Positions 1-18,199 of a DNA stretch of 64,000 bases are shown here, in pieces (position 1 is the first letter of the stretch; the number at the start of each line of letters is the position of its first letter). The DNA comes from the human T2T-CHM13v2.0 reference genome, Homo sapiens: the NCBI RefSeq assembly GCF_009914755.1, contig NC_060936.1; one strand, written 5' to 3'. The notes beneath the pieces were generated by a model. That model had not been told where the DNA came from. It was given only the letters and a program-made list of their open reading frames with translations, and made no database searches. Both the position numbers and the translations under genes were made by a program.

Positions 1-34
1 TGACAGAGTGAGAATTCGTCTCAAAAAAAAAAAA
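1..34 (+). mobile_element. Alu 3' end and poly(A) tail (truncated by window edge)
   Basis: TGACAGAGTGAGA...TCTC followed by A-run. Confidence 0.85.
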
Positions 35-510
35 AGGTGGGGGTGGGGGAGATTGAAAAGAATGGATAATTCTGCCAAAATGTCAATTCTTCTGGATATT
101 TGATTTCCTTTATGCCCTTTTTTGGTTTGTTGACTGCCTATTTTCAAAGACTGGTGGTGCAGGGGTTTATTTCTTCTTCCTGAAAGCTACAACGCATTTG
201 CTGTTTGCTTTCTACACTGCTATTATTAACAATGCCTGACCATCGTGAGTGGTCAGTAATGCTCAAAGAATGCATGCCTGCTTTCCTATGGTAATAGTTA
301 CAGTTGCTCATCTCAGTCACAAAGAGCATGGTCCTGATGGGAAAGGAGTAGAGTGTTTGATCCCTTTCTGGAAAGTGTGTTTTGTTTGGGTTCTCTGAAG
401 TAGGCTGCATCTACTTCCCTGACAGTTTCCCAAAACCGTCAGCTTTGTTTATAAGCAGGATGAGTGAAATAAGAGAATCAGGTCTGGCATCCCCCCATAA
501 TACTCTCAAG

Positions 511-542
511 ACACACACACACATACACACACACACACACAC
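511..542. repeat. (CA)n microsatellite
   Basis: Direct inspection. Confidence 0.95.
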
Positions 543-1147
543 TGCAATTTGAAGTGTACTTCCCACAAAACACACAGCTCATGTTAGGCACCAGTCATTC
601 CTTGAGTCTAGGACTTTGCCCAGGCTTTACATTTCACAACCGTCCTTTGGCAGCAAAGCAAACAGCAGTTGGATCTTGTGGGGCCAAGCAGAAATCTCCT
701 TCCCCAACCGTACCATTCCATATTAATATCATTTCTCCTTTGAACTCTTAGCACTTGCTCTCTGTACTACTCATTTGAGAGGTAATTATGCACATCTCTT
801 GTTCTGTTATTTAAATCTGGTATTTAACCTCTTCTCTGTTAGTGTCTTTATCTCCCTACAGGATCATAGCAAATTGAATATAAAGAAAGGTAGATATTAA
901 CATGATTTCCTGTACGTAGTAAATCTGTTCCTTAGTTTAGGTTACCCTAAAAAGTATGCCTCAAGACAAGGTTTGGGTTATATTAATTGATTTGGGGGGT
1001 GATCCCACGTAAGTTGGTGAGGAAGTAGGAAAGTGAGACAGGGAAAGGAAGGACAGAAAAGGATGTGACAAAGTGAGTTACCTCCTGTGTGCAACGGGGC
1101 ACAGTTCTGTGGGGGACCCTTTCAGACAGCTCTATCCAACAGAAATA

Positions 1148-1782
<635 letters not shown>

Positions 1783-1824
1783 TAGAATGCAAGCCACAAA
1801 TGCAAGCCACATGTGTAATTCTAA

Positions 1825-2161
<337 letters not shown>

Positions 2162-2607
2162 TAAAAAGTAAAATGAAATAGATGAAATTATATATTTTAT
2201 TTAGCCTAATATATCCAAAACATCACTTCAGCATGTAATCAATATAAAAATTATAAATGAGATATTTTACATTTCTTTTTCATACCAAGTCTCTGAGATC
2301 TGGTGTATTTTTATTTTATTCTTGTCAATTTGGACTAGGCACATTTCAAGTGCTCAATAGTCCCTTGTGGCTAGTGACAACTCTGTGGAACAGAACAGCT
2401 CTAAGGGACACTAGAAAAATAGCACAGAGTTGTCTCAGAATGGGGAATGTATTTATTGGCCAATACCCGTTCATAATTGGTTGAGTGTCACTCTTGGGAA
2501 CGTTATCTCCTGGGCACTTCTAGTTCACCCTGTGGCAGAAAACATCCTCAGGTAGAGAGACACAAGAGGCCATAACCATGGACAGGAAATGTCTACAGGT
2601 GACCTGG

Positions 2608-2975
2608 TGTATTAGTCCATTTTCATGCTGCTGATAAAGACATACCTGAGACTGGGTAATTTATAAAGAAAAAGATTTAATGGACTCACAGTTCCACATG
2701 GCTGGGGAGGCCTCACAATCATGGCACAAGGTGAAAGGCAGGTCTTACATGGCGGCAGGCAAGAGAGAATGAGAGCCAAGCAAAAGGGGAAACCCCTTAT
2801 AAAACCATCAGATCTCATGAGACTTATTCACTATCACAAGAACATTAGGGGGGAGACCACCCCATGATTCAGTTATCTCCCACTGGGTCCCTCCTACAAC
2901 GCAACATGTCAGAATTATGGGAGCTACAATTCAAGATGAGATTTGGGTGGGAACACAACCAAACAAACCATATCA
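2608..2975 (-). mobile_element. THE1 solo LTR (MaLR)
   Basis: TGTATTAGTCCATTTTCATGCTGCTGATAAAGACATACC...CCATATCA; TSD CCTGG at 2603-2607 and 2976-2980. Confidence 0.92.
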
Positions 2976-3014
2976 CCTGGGATATGGGCAGAGCTCCTAC
3001 AGTTTCTGCTGTAA

Positions 3015-3331
<317 letters not shown>

Positions 3332-3429
3332 TTCTGCTATAATCTTAAATACTTATGTGTTGGTTGATTGAAAAACTTCTGGATTCCTGCCATGGCAGCC
3401 TTTTCACCTTAGTTTTGGACTCAGCATTA

Positions 3430-3556
3430 AAGACTGCCATACATGGTTGTGCGGGCTGAGCACTATGTAACTCTAGGGGGCACCACTCACCTAGGTTTCT
3501 TAGACTGCCATATGCATGGCACCCCTAAAGTTACACAGTGCCCGACCTTCACAACT
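3430..3556. mobile_element. MER91-type palindromic MITE
   Basis: Imperfect palindrome GTTGTGCGGG...AACTCTAGGGGGCACCA / TGGCACCCCTAAAGTT...TCACAAC. Confidence 0.7.
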
Positions 3557-4492
3557 CCTCTTACCCTTCGACTATTACAAAGCTCATCACTTTGGGGAAA
3601 GAGTAAAGGATTGATAGAACAGACATATACACTTGGGCTTAGCTACAATATTCTGTCTTTTAAGGGTCACTAAACATTTTAAGCACCTGCCACCATTTCC
3701 CTGCAAAGCCAGCATCATGAGTAATCAGCAGAAGCCAGCACCTCCAGGCCCCGCAATCACTCTGAAGGAGTCAGCTTCACGCCCGCTGCTAATTTTAGCT
3801 TGCAATCTACGAAGGGTATCAACGAGTCTTTTTGCCAAGCACTCTTACAGACATGGCTTGAAAGTGTCTCTCCCAGTCTGGAGCCAGGATCTAGGTGAAA
3901 GCAGTATATGTGATCCAGAGCATTCTGCCCAATGGGAGCCTTCCCCATTGCCCCTGCCTGAGCCCCTCTATCTCTACTCAGCTTTCTTACCACGGTCACC
4001 AACAAGGTGTCTGGGCTGTGAGAGTCAGTGAATTCTGGATGCCCAAGTTCAGTCATGCAGTCACAAAGGGGCTCTGAGTTGACTTCACTCTGGTTTCATT
4101 TATTCTTCTGTGGTGGGTGACAAGTCATGCAAGTAAAATCAAATTGGTGTGATTGATAGCATCTAGAAAAAAAATTCAGAGCAGTTTGTGGAAAGGAAGT
4201 CATAGAATTAATTGAATACAGAATTGGAAAGCAACTCAGAAATCATCCCAAGCATTTCCTGTTCCAGATGATGAGTTGAAGAATCAGAGGTCAAGAAGCT
4301 CACTGAGGGCCATATAGTGGGTTAGTGGGAGAGGACCAGCGTCCTCTATGGAAGAGACTATGTCTGCCTCCCCAGTGCATTATATCTGGCACATAGTTAG
4401 CATTCAACAAATGTTTATGGAATGAGTTTATGCATTTTTATAACATTCAGGTTACCAAGAGGCCAAAACTATATAGTTTTTTTCCTGTATCA

Positions 4493-5480
4493 TGTCGTGA
4501 GCATTTGTTGTTTTTGCAAATCCAGCATCTATTACCCTTCCTGCTTATAGTGCATCCCTCTCCTGCACTAGGGGGAGGAAGCATATGATCCAATTACAGC
4601 CAGTCAGAGCATTTCATTGCCCTAGTCATGGTGATTTGTTCAATGATTGACATGCGATTCAAGTCAGACTGGTCAAAGCCAATGAGACTCAGTTCTTGGG
4701 ACTTTTGGGTCGTGTTATCAACAACAGAGCTAGCCTGAGAATGAAGCCGATACAGAGGAAAGCAGAACTAAGGGCTAGAAAGATCAAGGGCAAGTTTGGG
4801 TGATGGCATCCGACCCCAATATCCATGTGTATCTGAAGCCAGTGTCTATCCCTGAAATTTTTAGTTATGTGAGCGGATAATGTCCTCTCTTAATAAAAAA
4901 CCAATTAGGAATTTATCATTTGCATCTGAAATCAAATACCAGCTAGCTTGGAAGCACCATTGAAAAAACCTTCAGGTTAGTTTGGTTCTTTCAACATCTC
5001 CTGTCATTTGGATGTTCACTGTTCCATAAGCTCAGGGGAAATGGTCCCTCTGTAGCCTGAGGGGGTAAACTTTGATTAGCCTAAACCTAATGTCGCAATT
5101 TTATTCTCTTTATCAGTGATTGCTTTACACATGAACATGTGATGCAAATCTTGTGAATGAGACCGAGATGAAAGGTGCTGCATAGGTTCTGGAATAGGTT
5201 TTCTTCTTCCTACTCAAGAGGAAAAACTGCCCTTTTCTGCCTTTGTATATGGCTTTATGACGATGTGATACCTGGATCTGCAGGAATCAGTTTGAGACCA
5301 TGAGGAGTCAAGTTTGAGGCTAAGAGCCAGCATTCCTGGGTGGTAAAGCCGAGAGATGGAAAAGCCTGCATCTTTGATGGCATCACTGAGCTGCTAAACT
5401 TCCATGATTTCTGGGCTTTAAAAAATTTGAGGTGCCATGATTTTTTAGTCAGTTTTAATTTGGGATTCTATTACTTGCAA
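4493..5480 (+). mobile_element. Two old MLT1 (J/K-like) MaLR LTR remnants (~4493-4935, ~5060-5480)
   Basis: GCCAGTCAGAGCATT, GAATGAAGCC...AGAGGAAAGCAGA, TTAGTTATGTGAGC, CTATTACTTGCA motifs. Confidence 0.6.
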
Positions 5481-5547
5481 ATTTCCTCTGGAATCTTGTG
5501 ACTCTGTTGTGTCTAGTTTGAAGACCAGCCTCTAGGCTAACTTTTTA

Positions 5548-6114
<567 letters not shown>

Positions 6115-6164
6115 ACTAGAATTACTTACTTCCCAACTATTTTAGAAAAATAAGTTTACTATAT

Positions 6165-6610
6165 TGTGATGGTTAATTTTATGCGTTAAGTGGACAAAAG
6201 GAGGAGCAGATAGTTGCCAAACATTATTTCTGTGTATGTCTGTAAGGGTGTTTCTAGAAGAGATTAGCATTTGAATCCGTAGACCAAGTAAAGAAGATTG
6301 TCCTCCCAATGTGGGTGAGCATTGTCTAATCCATCGAGGGTGCAAATAAACAAAGAGGTGAAAGAAGGTTGAATTTGCTTGGTTTTATCTGGGATATCTG
6401 TCTTTTTCTGCCCTCAGATACCGACACTCCTAATTTTTGGGCCTTCAGTCTGGGACTGAATTACACACCAGCTTTCCTAGTTCTTTGCTTTGCACATGGC
6501 AGATTGTGGGACTTCTTGGCCTCTATAATCACGTGACCAATTCCTATAATTGATTGATCAGTCAATCAATCCTCTTGGTTCTGTTTCTCTGGAGAATCCT
6601 GATTAATACA
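6165..6610 (+). mobile_element. MLT2 (ERVL) solo LTR
   Basis: TGTGATGGTTAATTTTATG...TCTCTGGAGAATCCTGATTAATACA; TSD TATAT. Confidence 0.88.
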
Positions 6611-6659
6611 TATATTATTGAAACAGTCTTGAGATGTCATTAAAAACAAATGAGTTACC

Positions 6660-7648
<989 letters not shown>

Positions 7649-7847
7649 TTCTCTCCAAACCCCAAATCAGTTAAAGTACTGAACTTTTGCCAGTCCTAGA
7701 GTGTTTGGTGCAATGCATTACCTAGATGCCATAGCATATGAAAGAACATTTGAGGGGAAGGAGTAGGTGGGATTTCATTATTCTGTTTTCTGGCTATTAA
7801 GATTAGAGTCTGCTGAGCTCTAAGACACCAATGTTTTAGTTATTGGT

Positions 7848-8185
7848 TGATATCCAAATCTCATCTTAAGCTGTGGCTCCCATAATCCCCATGTGTCATG
7901 GGAGGGACCCAGTGGGAGGTAATTGAATCATTGGGGGGCATTTTTCCGATGCTGTTCTCATGATAGTGAATAAGTCTCATGAGATCTGATGGTTTTATAA
8001 AGAGCCGTTCCCCTGCACATGCTCTCTTGCTTGCCACCATGTAAGGCATGCTTTTGCTCCTCGTTTGTCTTCATTGTGAGGCTTCCGCAGCCATGTGGAA
8101 CTGTGAGTCCATTAAACCTCTTTTTCTTCATAAATTACCCAGTCTTGGGTGTTTCTTCATTGCAATAGGAAAATGGACTAATACA
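7848..8185 (+). mobile_element. THE1/MST solo LTR
   Basis: GGGAGGGACCCAGTGGGAGGTAATTGAATCAT...GGACTAATACA. Confidence 0.88.
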
Positions 8186-8880
8186 TGGGTTTTGCTGAGT
8201 TCTTGCCATGTACAAGGCACTATGTTAAGGTCTTTACACAAACCACCTCAATAACTCTAAAAGAGCCCCACAAAGTAGGTGTTAATATTACCCCATTATA
8301 CACATGGGTAACCAGGCTCAGAGAAAAGTGGAGTCAGCATTCAAAGAAATCCAAGTAGTTTGATTCCATACAGGTCCCATGCATTTAACTATTGGACTTG
8401 GTTTTTTGCTGAAGGTTGGAGCCAAAATGCTTAACTTTGGTTTAAAGAAAACCTATTTTGAGAATTTACATAGTTAAACAGTAATAAGGGAGAAATGAAG
8501 TTGTTAGCAGCTCCCAAGCAACTCCTGTCTTTCTGACTTTGCAGTTAAAAAAAAAAATCACATTGCACAGAAGATGTGTTTGCCTCTGAACAGTGTCAAT
8601 TAGATCAGAGGAGCGCTTTTCCCAGGCAGACAGCCGAAGCACTTGGGCTTTCCTGAGGTCCAGGATGCTCCTCAGGGGCAAATTTACAGTTCCCTGCTGG
8701 GGCTTAGATGGCTGGATCTGAATGTTATTGTCTCTTTCTGCCTTATTGGGGGGTGGATTATGGCACTTGATGATTTAATCTGTGTAATCTCTAGACAAAA
8801 CATGTCTCCACTTTGCTGCCAGGAAAATGTTAATTGATTCTTCTGGAGATAGAGAGGTAAATGAAGTGATTGAAGATGCA

Positions 8881-8940
8881 GTGTGTGTATGCGCACTTGT
8901 GTGCACGCGCACTTGTGTGCACGCATGCATGTGTGTGTGT
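8881..8940. repeat. Alternating purine-pyrimidine (TG/CG/CA) tract with a 16-bp duplication
   Basis: GCGCACTTGTGTGCAC x2 flanked by (GT)n. Confidence 0.85.
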
Positions 8941-10089
8941 TGGTACACTAGGGTCTATGTGAAGTGAAGCAAACAGGCCTAAAATGAAGGAATTTTTAGT
9001 GGAAAGTTTGTCAGTCTCCTTTAGGGAAATGCAGTCCCCACCCCTTGCCCAAATTGTATACAACATGTTGTGTCTAAGGTGTGATTATTTTCCTGGAGGG
9101 TGTGTGGTGTCATGTTCATCAAAATGTCCATGGGGTTTTGGAGAATGTCAGTCTGAAGTTTTGGGAGCCACAATTACCTTAGGTATAAAAGACTCTCCAT
9201 ATTTAAGAAGGACCTTTATTTGGTAAGGAACTGGGGCAGACAGCAGCAATGGGAATTGTTATTTTGAGCTTGTTAAGTTGGAAGCTTGAAAACACCCAGC
9301 CAGGTTGAAATAATCTTTGGCAAAACAAGCACAAGCGTCCCAGTCTGCTCCTTCAACTGTCCCCCTCTCTCACTTTCTTCCAGTCCTCCTCTACTGTGCA
9401 AGGGTCTGCCCACCTTATGTGCTACAGGACTGCAACCTGGGGAATGTAAAGACCAGGCACTTCCACTTAGTCAACTTGTGTCTGGCACATAGTACGAATT
9501 AAATAAACAGTAGTTTAAAAAGTTGCAGCCATCCAGATCTCTGAGAAATGGTAATTTCTTCCAGGCATAGAACAAAGAGATTCCCTTTCTTCTCTTACAA
9601 CCTAAGAGAAGAAAAAATAAACAAGCTAAGGAAAATAGACAAACTCAGAGAGTACTCATTCATGGCAAGTGAGAAACCATATATATGTGAGTTTCTTCAT
9701 TTAGAAACAAGTAAGCACCGTTTGTTGACTGTCACCACATCATGCCATGCTCCGTATACGATCCTTAACATGCATCACCTTCATTAGTCATCACAGCAAC
9801 TTGGGGAGGTTGGAACTCTCAAACACATTTTACAGATGAGGAAACTGGAGAAGTTTACAGAGATGAAGCAACTCGCCCAAGGTAAGTAGACAGCAAACAT
9901 CAAGAGTCAAGATTTGAAAGGTCACTGTTTTGACAATGCTATGCCAACTCCTGTGAACCTTGCATTTTCTGATTTGATTAGGGAAGACTTCCTGTGGGAG
10001 AAGGACCATCACTAAATGTTGAAAAAATGATACATACAGTAGATGGGAGAGATATTATAGTCTGAGTGTAATTGGTTTAGGATTAAGCC

Positions 10090-10685
<596 letters not shown>

Positions 10686-11429
10686 AGATAAGATACAGTG
10701 TTTATAAACAACTTGCTCATCTGTGATATCATTTGATCCTTACCTAAGCCCTGTGAGGAATCCATTATTATTTCTACATTATAGATGAAGAAATTGAGAG
10801 TTTGGTTGAAAATAGCTACCATTTTCAAGTGTCAGGCATTTCTAGGGATACAATAGCAAACAAGACAGACGTAGTTCTCATTTCAAGAAATTGACAATCC
10901 AGGAAACAAAGCTCTAGATAATTAAATTTGAAAGGCTCTGGGTGCTCAATGAATGTTTGTTAAATGGGTGAAAAACTTCAGCTCTGGGTGTTTCCATTCA
11001 TCACAGGAGGAAGAGAAACAGGCTTAGGATAGTGGAGGATGATGTATTTAGTCTTAGACATTGTAGGTGACATCCTGGTGTAGCTGTCTAGTAAGCAGGT
11101 CAGGGTCTGGAGTTTAGGAGAGAGATCCAAGGTGAGGAGAGCTGAGAGTTTGAGAGCTGTTACTGCACAGGTGGTAATTGGAGTTATAAAAGATTCGATT
11201 CAGAATACAGAGGAGAATGAAGTTGGCTAGAAGAGTTTAAACTATGAAGATCCTTGAATAGGCTCCTAAAATAGGAACCTGCCTGGCCAGAAATTACAGG
11301 TTTTAAGAAGAAGAGGAGCCCAGTGAAAATGACTAAGAAAAACTCACAAGAGAGGTAGGAGGAAAGCCACAGAAGCCATGGGATGAAGACACTTCAATGA
11401 AGAAGAGGTTCATCACTGATGATGGGATA

Positions 11430-12720
<1,291 letters not shown>

Positions 12721-12783
12721 TGCATGTACACTATCAAATTTTGTGCAGAGGGGAGAAAAACCAGTGGTCCAAGGTCTCCATTG

Positions 12784-13083
<300 letters not shown>

Positions 13084-13826
13084 TCAGCAACATGGGTTTA
13101 GCCTTGAATTTACTGCACTTACATTCTAGAAAGAAATCCATAATTGAATATACAATTACAAATTGGAATAGTGATTGGAAGGAAAGAACAGGAAGCTGTA
13201 TAGATAGATGAGAGAATGACATGGATGTAATTAGTGCCTTGGGCAAACCAGTTCCAGTGGAGTGCAGGAGCTGACGGCAGTGGACTGAGAGGGAAGTAAT
13301 TATGTGAGAACAGAGTGTAGACACCTCCTTCAGGGGGCTTGGGTAAAGAGGGTGGATCACAAAAATTAACTACTATAGGGAGAGGTGGGGTCAAGGTAGA
13401 AAGCTGGGGAGTCATGGGAGGTTTTGAAGAAGTTGTTACATCTGGGCAGGGTATGTGATGACAGGCAGGGGTTTCCAGGGAGGTAGAATGTAAATGTTCT
13501 ACACTGAGGGAACAAGGACGACACTTAAGGAAGGGAGAGGTGTTTGCAAAAGGCGAGAAACTTGGTCCGTCCAGAGCCTGAGATGTCTGTGGGTGGGCCA
13601 TGAAAGGGGCAGCTGAAGAGGCCGGGAGGGGGTAGATTTAGCACCTTGTTTGCCAAGCTAAGCACCTTGACTTTTGCCAGAAAGAGGTTCAACCTCTTGT
13701 CTGGTGTCTCAGCCAGCAGATGGCAGGGTGGAACCCACACTCTCTTCCAAAAGTTTCTCTACACAAAAGAAAATGTGTTATATTAAGTGCTCCCAGGTAT
13801 TCAAGCCAGAAGCTGATGTACCATCT

Positions 13827-14240
13827 GTATTAGTCTGTTCTCACACTGCTGTGAAGTCATACCTGAGACTGGGTAATTTATGAAGAAAAGAGGTTTAATT
13901 GACTCACAGTTTGACAGGCTTAACGGGAAGCATGGCCAGGAGGCCTCAGGAAACTTACAATCATGGTGGAAAATGAATGGGAAGCTTGTAGATGGCCACC
14001 TTCTCCCCATGTCTTCACATGGTCTTCCCTCTGTGTCTGGGTCTAAATTTCCTCTTTTTATGAGGACAACAGTCAGATTAGGACCCACCATAATCATCTC
14101 ATTTTAATTTAATTACCTCTTTCGAGACCTCATCTCCAAATACAGTCACACTTTGAGGTACTAGGAGTTAGGACTTCAACATGTGAATTTTGGTAGTGGG
14201 TGGTGGGGGTGGGGAAAGGACATGATTCAGCCCACAGCAA
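13827..14240 (-). mobile_element. Fused MaLR LTR fragments: MST-type (13827-~13985) and MLT1B/C-type (~13986-14240)
   Basis: TGTATTAGTCTGTTCTCACACTGCT...AGGAAACTTACAATCATGG, then TTGTAGATGGCCACCTTCT...GGACTTCAACATGTGAATTT. Confidence 0.7.
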
Positions 14241-15378
14241 CTCTTCTCATCATTTAGAATGCAGCTTAAATGTCCTTGAGAAGGCTTTCTTTTCCTCCAC
14301 CCTACCCAATCCAAATTAGATTTCCCATTATTTTCATATATAGCACCCCATTCCCCCCATACCTATTCCATTTTGTAATTGCACATTGATTTATGGGTCT
14401 CCATCTAGAATATTAAGTGTCATGAATTCAAGGACCATCTCTTTTCTGATCACTGCTATATCCCCAGGATTAGCACAGTTCCTGACCCATAGTAGGCAGT
14501 TGATATAAATTTGTTGAATGAACAAATTAATGAAAAGTCCAGAGACTGAACAGAATCTAGCAACTTTGCATCTAGTTGAACTGAGGCCAAAACCACCGAA
14601 AGGAGAGGTGATTCTTACTTACGTTTAAAGATCTGCAAAACAAGTGATTTCACACCAACCCTTAGTAACCCTCACTGCAGCCTTTTGGCACGAAATGTGC
14701 AAGGTGTGACCAGAAATCGATTCAAGCTCAGAGGTAGGAAGCTGGGAAGAACACATTTATAAAATTATTGCTGGTGTGTGCTGTGACATAGCAGCCCAGT
14801 ATAGCACCATAGGCCAGTGTATGACCAAAACTAATGGCACTGGGCCTTTTGTTTAAAAGATAGGAAAATTCAACCGAAAGCAGGGACAGAACAAATTTCA
14901 TTCTTGTTCAATTGTTTTAGAGGATGTTTAGATTTAGACTCAATTTGAACTGGATTTCTAGGTGGATCCATTTCAAAATGTAATATTTGGGTTGTGCTGA
15001 GGCTTAGTGCATCTGTGCAGTTTCACTCTAGCTTCTGGTTCATAGACGGTTTCCAAAAGATCACTGTGAGTCTCAGCCATTTCAGGCAAGATCATACATC
15101 CCAAGAATCTTCTTGCTAGAAGGTCCTGCAGACTTATTTTGTGTAGTCCCCTGCCTGCAAAGGGGTCATTTGATTTATCCAGGCAAGATTGTTCATTTAT
15201 TTTTATTTATTTAGCAAACACTTATTAAGAGTTTACTCTCTGCCAAGCACCATGGATTAGCAAAGAAGCGTAAGATATAGCCTCCACTCTCAAAATTGCA
15301 TCTTGAGAGCAGAGGCCAAATCTTGGTCTTATTTTTTCCTATCCAGTGCCTGGTGCAATTGTTGTGGCAGGAACAGTT

Positions 15379-15970
15379 GTGTGGTGACATTTGTCATTTT
15401 TTGGCTGCCCAGTGTTAGAATCTTCATTCTATATTTGGAAAATTTCCCATTATATGAGTCTTGTGGGGAGGCAGAATGCTCCTCTCACAAGAGAAGCTCT
15501 GACAATGAGGTATTTGCCTTCCCAGGATCCTTTGCAGCTCAGGTGTGATCATGTGACATGGAGTTGGCCAGTCAGATGCACTTGTGTGAGACTTTGAAAT
15601 GGAATCAGTGTCATGCAGAATAGGGGCAATGGAGGAGCAGTTATGGAAGTGGCAGGAGCAGCAGGGGGTTTCTAGAGGGCAATAATGGTGCCAGTGGCAG
15701 CACTCAGTGCCCAGGGCTAGCAGGGGCCAAGGTCTAAACTGTAGTGCCCTCAGCTTGGGGATTGCTGCAGTCCTGTCTTCCTTGAGCTGCTCTTGCTGCC
15801 TGAATCTGGCAGAGGTCCTGGCAGCTGGCCAGTCTTGCTTTTTGCCTATTCACTTGCCAGGCTTGGCTCTTCAGCCTTTCTGGTCATTCTATGAGCTCCC
15901 CATCATCTCCAGAATGCTTACAGGAGCCAGAGGTGATTTCTATAGCTTACATCTAGGAAACCTGGCGCAT
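15379..15970 (+). mobile_element. Old MaLR/ERVL LTR remnant
   Basis: TTCCCAGGATCCTTTGCAGCT...CATGTGACATGGAGTTGGCCAGTCAGATGC. Confidence 0.5.
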
Positions 15971-16129
15971 GTAAACTCTTGGTCTACTAACCCAGGAATA
16001 ACATAAAGCCACTTTCTTACTTTTCCATCATTCAATTAAAATTTTATTCTGAGCTCCCATCATGGGGGTGGTTGTTACTTGATCTCAGTCAGTTCAGAAT
16101 CTCTTCTCTCCACTTCCCTCTCTTTTTTA

Positions 16130-16716
16130 AAAAAATAATTCAATTTAATTTTAAGTTTCAGGATACATGTGCAGGATGTGCAGGTTTGTTACATAGGTAA
16201 ATGTGTGCCATGGTGGTTTGCTACAAAGATCAACCCATCATCTAGGTATTAAGCCCTGCATTCATTAGCTACTTATCCTGATGCTCTCCCTCCCCACCAC
16301 CCCCACAACAGGCCCCAGGGTATGTTGTTCCCCTTCCTGTGTCCATGTGTTCTCATTGTTCAGCTCCCACTTATAAATGAGAATATGTGGTGTAATGGTT
16401 TTCTGTTCCTGCATTATTTGCTGAGGATAATGGCTTCCAGCTCTATCCATGTCCCTGCAAAGGATGTGATCTCACTCCTTTTTATGGCTGCATAGTATTC
16501 CATGGTGTTATACATACCACATTTTCTTTATCTGGCCTAACATTGATGGGCATTTGGGTTGATTCCATGTCTTTGCTATTGTGAATAGTGCTGCAATGAA
16601 CATATATGTGTATGTATCTTTATAATAGAATGATTTATATTCCTTTGGGTATATACCCAGTAATGGGATTGCTGGGTCAGATGGTATTTCAGTTCTAGGT
16701 CTCTGAGGAATCGCCA
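16130..16716 (-). mobile_element. 5'-truncated L1PA 3' end
   Basis: GATACATGTGCAGGATGTGCAGGTTTGTTACATAGG; ORF2 C-terminus DPAIPLLGIYPK...FIAALFTIAKTWNQPKCPS. Confidence 0.93.
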
Positions 16717-18199
16717 TTCCCCTTTTTTAAAGGTAACATTTTAAAGTACTTGTTTAATATCATCAAGTACAGAACAGATGAGAAATAGAGGAAAATGCTA
16801 GAGATAACCCCACCATTCTAATTAAATAACTATTTACTTGTATCGTCTTCACTTTTTCATGTGTATGTTTTTACAAATTTATGAATATACTCAATGCAAG
16901 CCATTCTTTATCCTACTTAAAACATTTTAACTTATTATTGCATCAACATTTTTTTCTCATGCCTTCTGGTATTTATAATTACAATTATTAGCTTTATTAT
17001 AAAAATGTATTATAAAAGTTTACATATTTTTAAAGTTAAAATATGTAGAAGTTACAGAAATAATACAATAAGTATCCACATACCCCTCTTAGATCAATTG
17101 TTAACATTTTGCTATATTTGCTTTCTCTCTTTGAAGATAATTTGCCAGAAATTATGACACTTTACCTCTTAATACTTCAGCATGCATTTTCCTAAGAAAA
17201 AGAACTTTCTTCTACATAATCGCGTTACCATTACCATGGTTAAGAAAATTAGCAATAATTTTCATAGTATCATCTAAAATCTAGCTTGTAGTCAAAATCC
17301 CCCAATTATCCCAAGAATGCCTTTTATAACTGGGGTTTTAGAGCTCGACTTTTTCTTTTTTAAGTTCCAGGAGGCTTAAATAATGCTTAGTAATAGTAAA
17401 GTATTGGGGGGCAAGTGGGGAGATACTGTTTCCTGTGACTGGATTGTAGCTATTTATCCCCTTGGTTCCTTCATGGCTTCTTGGGTGAACACTCAAAACA
17501 GAGCTCAGATTCCCAGCTCTGATTCCTTTCTGGAGTTTCTGTGGCTTCGAATGGGGTAGGAGGCATGTATCCCTAATGCCCAAGCTCTCCGCCTCCTCCC
17601 TTTCCCTTTTATGGAGTCTTGAAGGCAAGAAACCCTGGTCTGACTCGTGTTTGTTTTCTTGAGGCCCAAGACCCTTCAGGGTTCACAGGGTTTTGAAATT
17701 TAAAAGCCCTTCTTCTGCTTTCAACTCTCTGTGGTCTGACCACTCAAACAGAGAAGGATCATGGGATAACATATGATAATGAGAGGAAAGGACATTGGTT
17801 CACTTTTCAAAATATTATCCTGGCTTATATGTTCTGTGCAGACATTAGGACACACGCTTAGCTGTTATGCCCCAGGACAGTCATACTGGTTGTCAAAACA
17901 TTACTTCTCAACAAGAGCATGAATTTTGTCATCCAAAAAAAGGTGACTTTTGCTTGTGTAGCATTCCTTCATCTTTCTCATATGTAGATTTTTAGATATA
18001 ATCCATGCATTGGTAAATGATTAGCAGAAAGTACACTGTCCCGGGGCCCCTGTCCTCTAGACAGCCCTACCTCTTCCCTGGGACACTTCAGATCTCCAAC
18101 AACCAATGGGTGAATGCCTAGAAGAAACAGACGCCTTCAGGACCCTGTCTACATCTCTTCTGATGGGTCAGTGCCAAGACTTCTGGGCTGCTGAGTGTT

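Noticed and set aside
3633-4077. Overlapping 132, 99 and 60 aa ORFs in unique sequence as an exon
   Set aside because: Non-ATG or weak starts, no recognisable domain, no supporting exon chain
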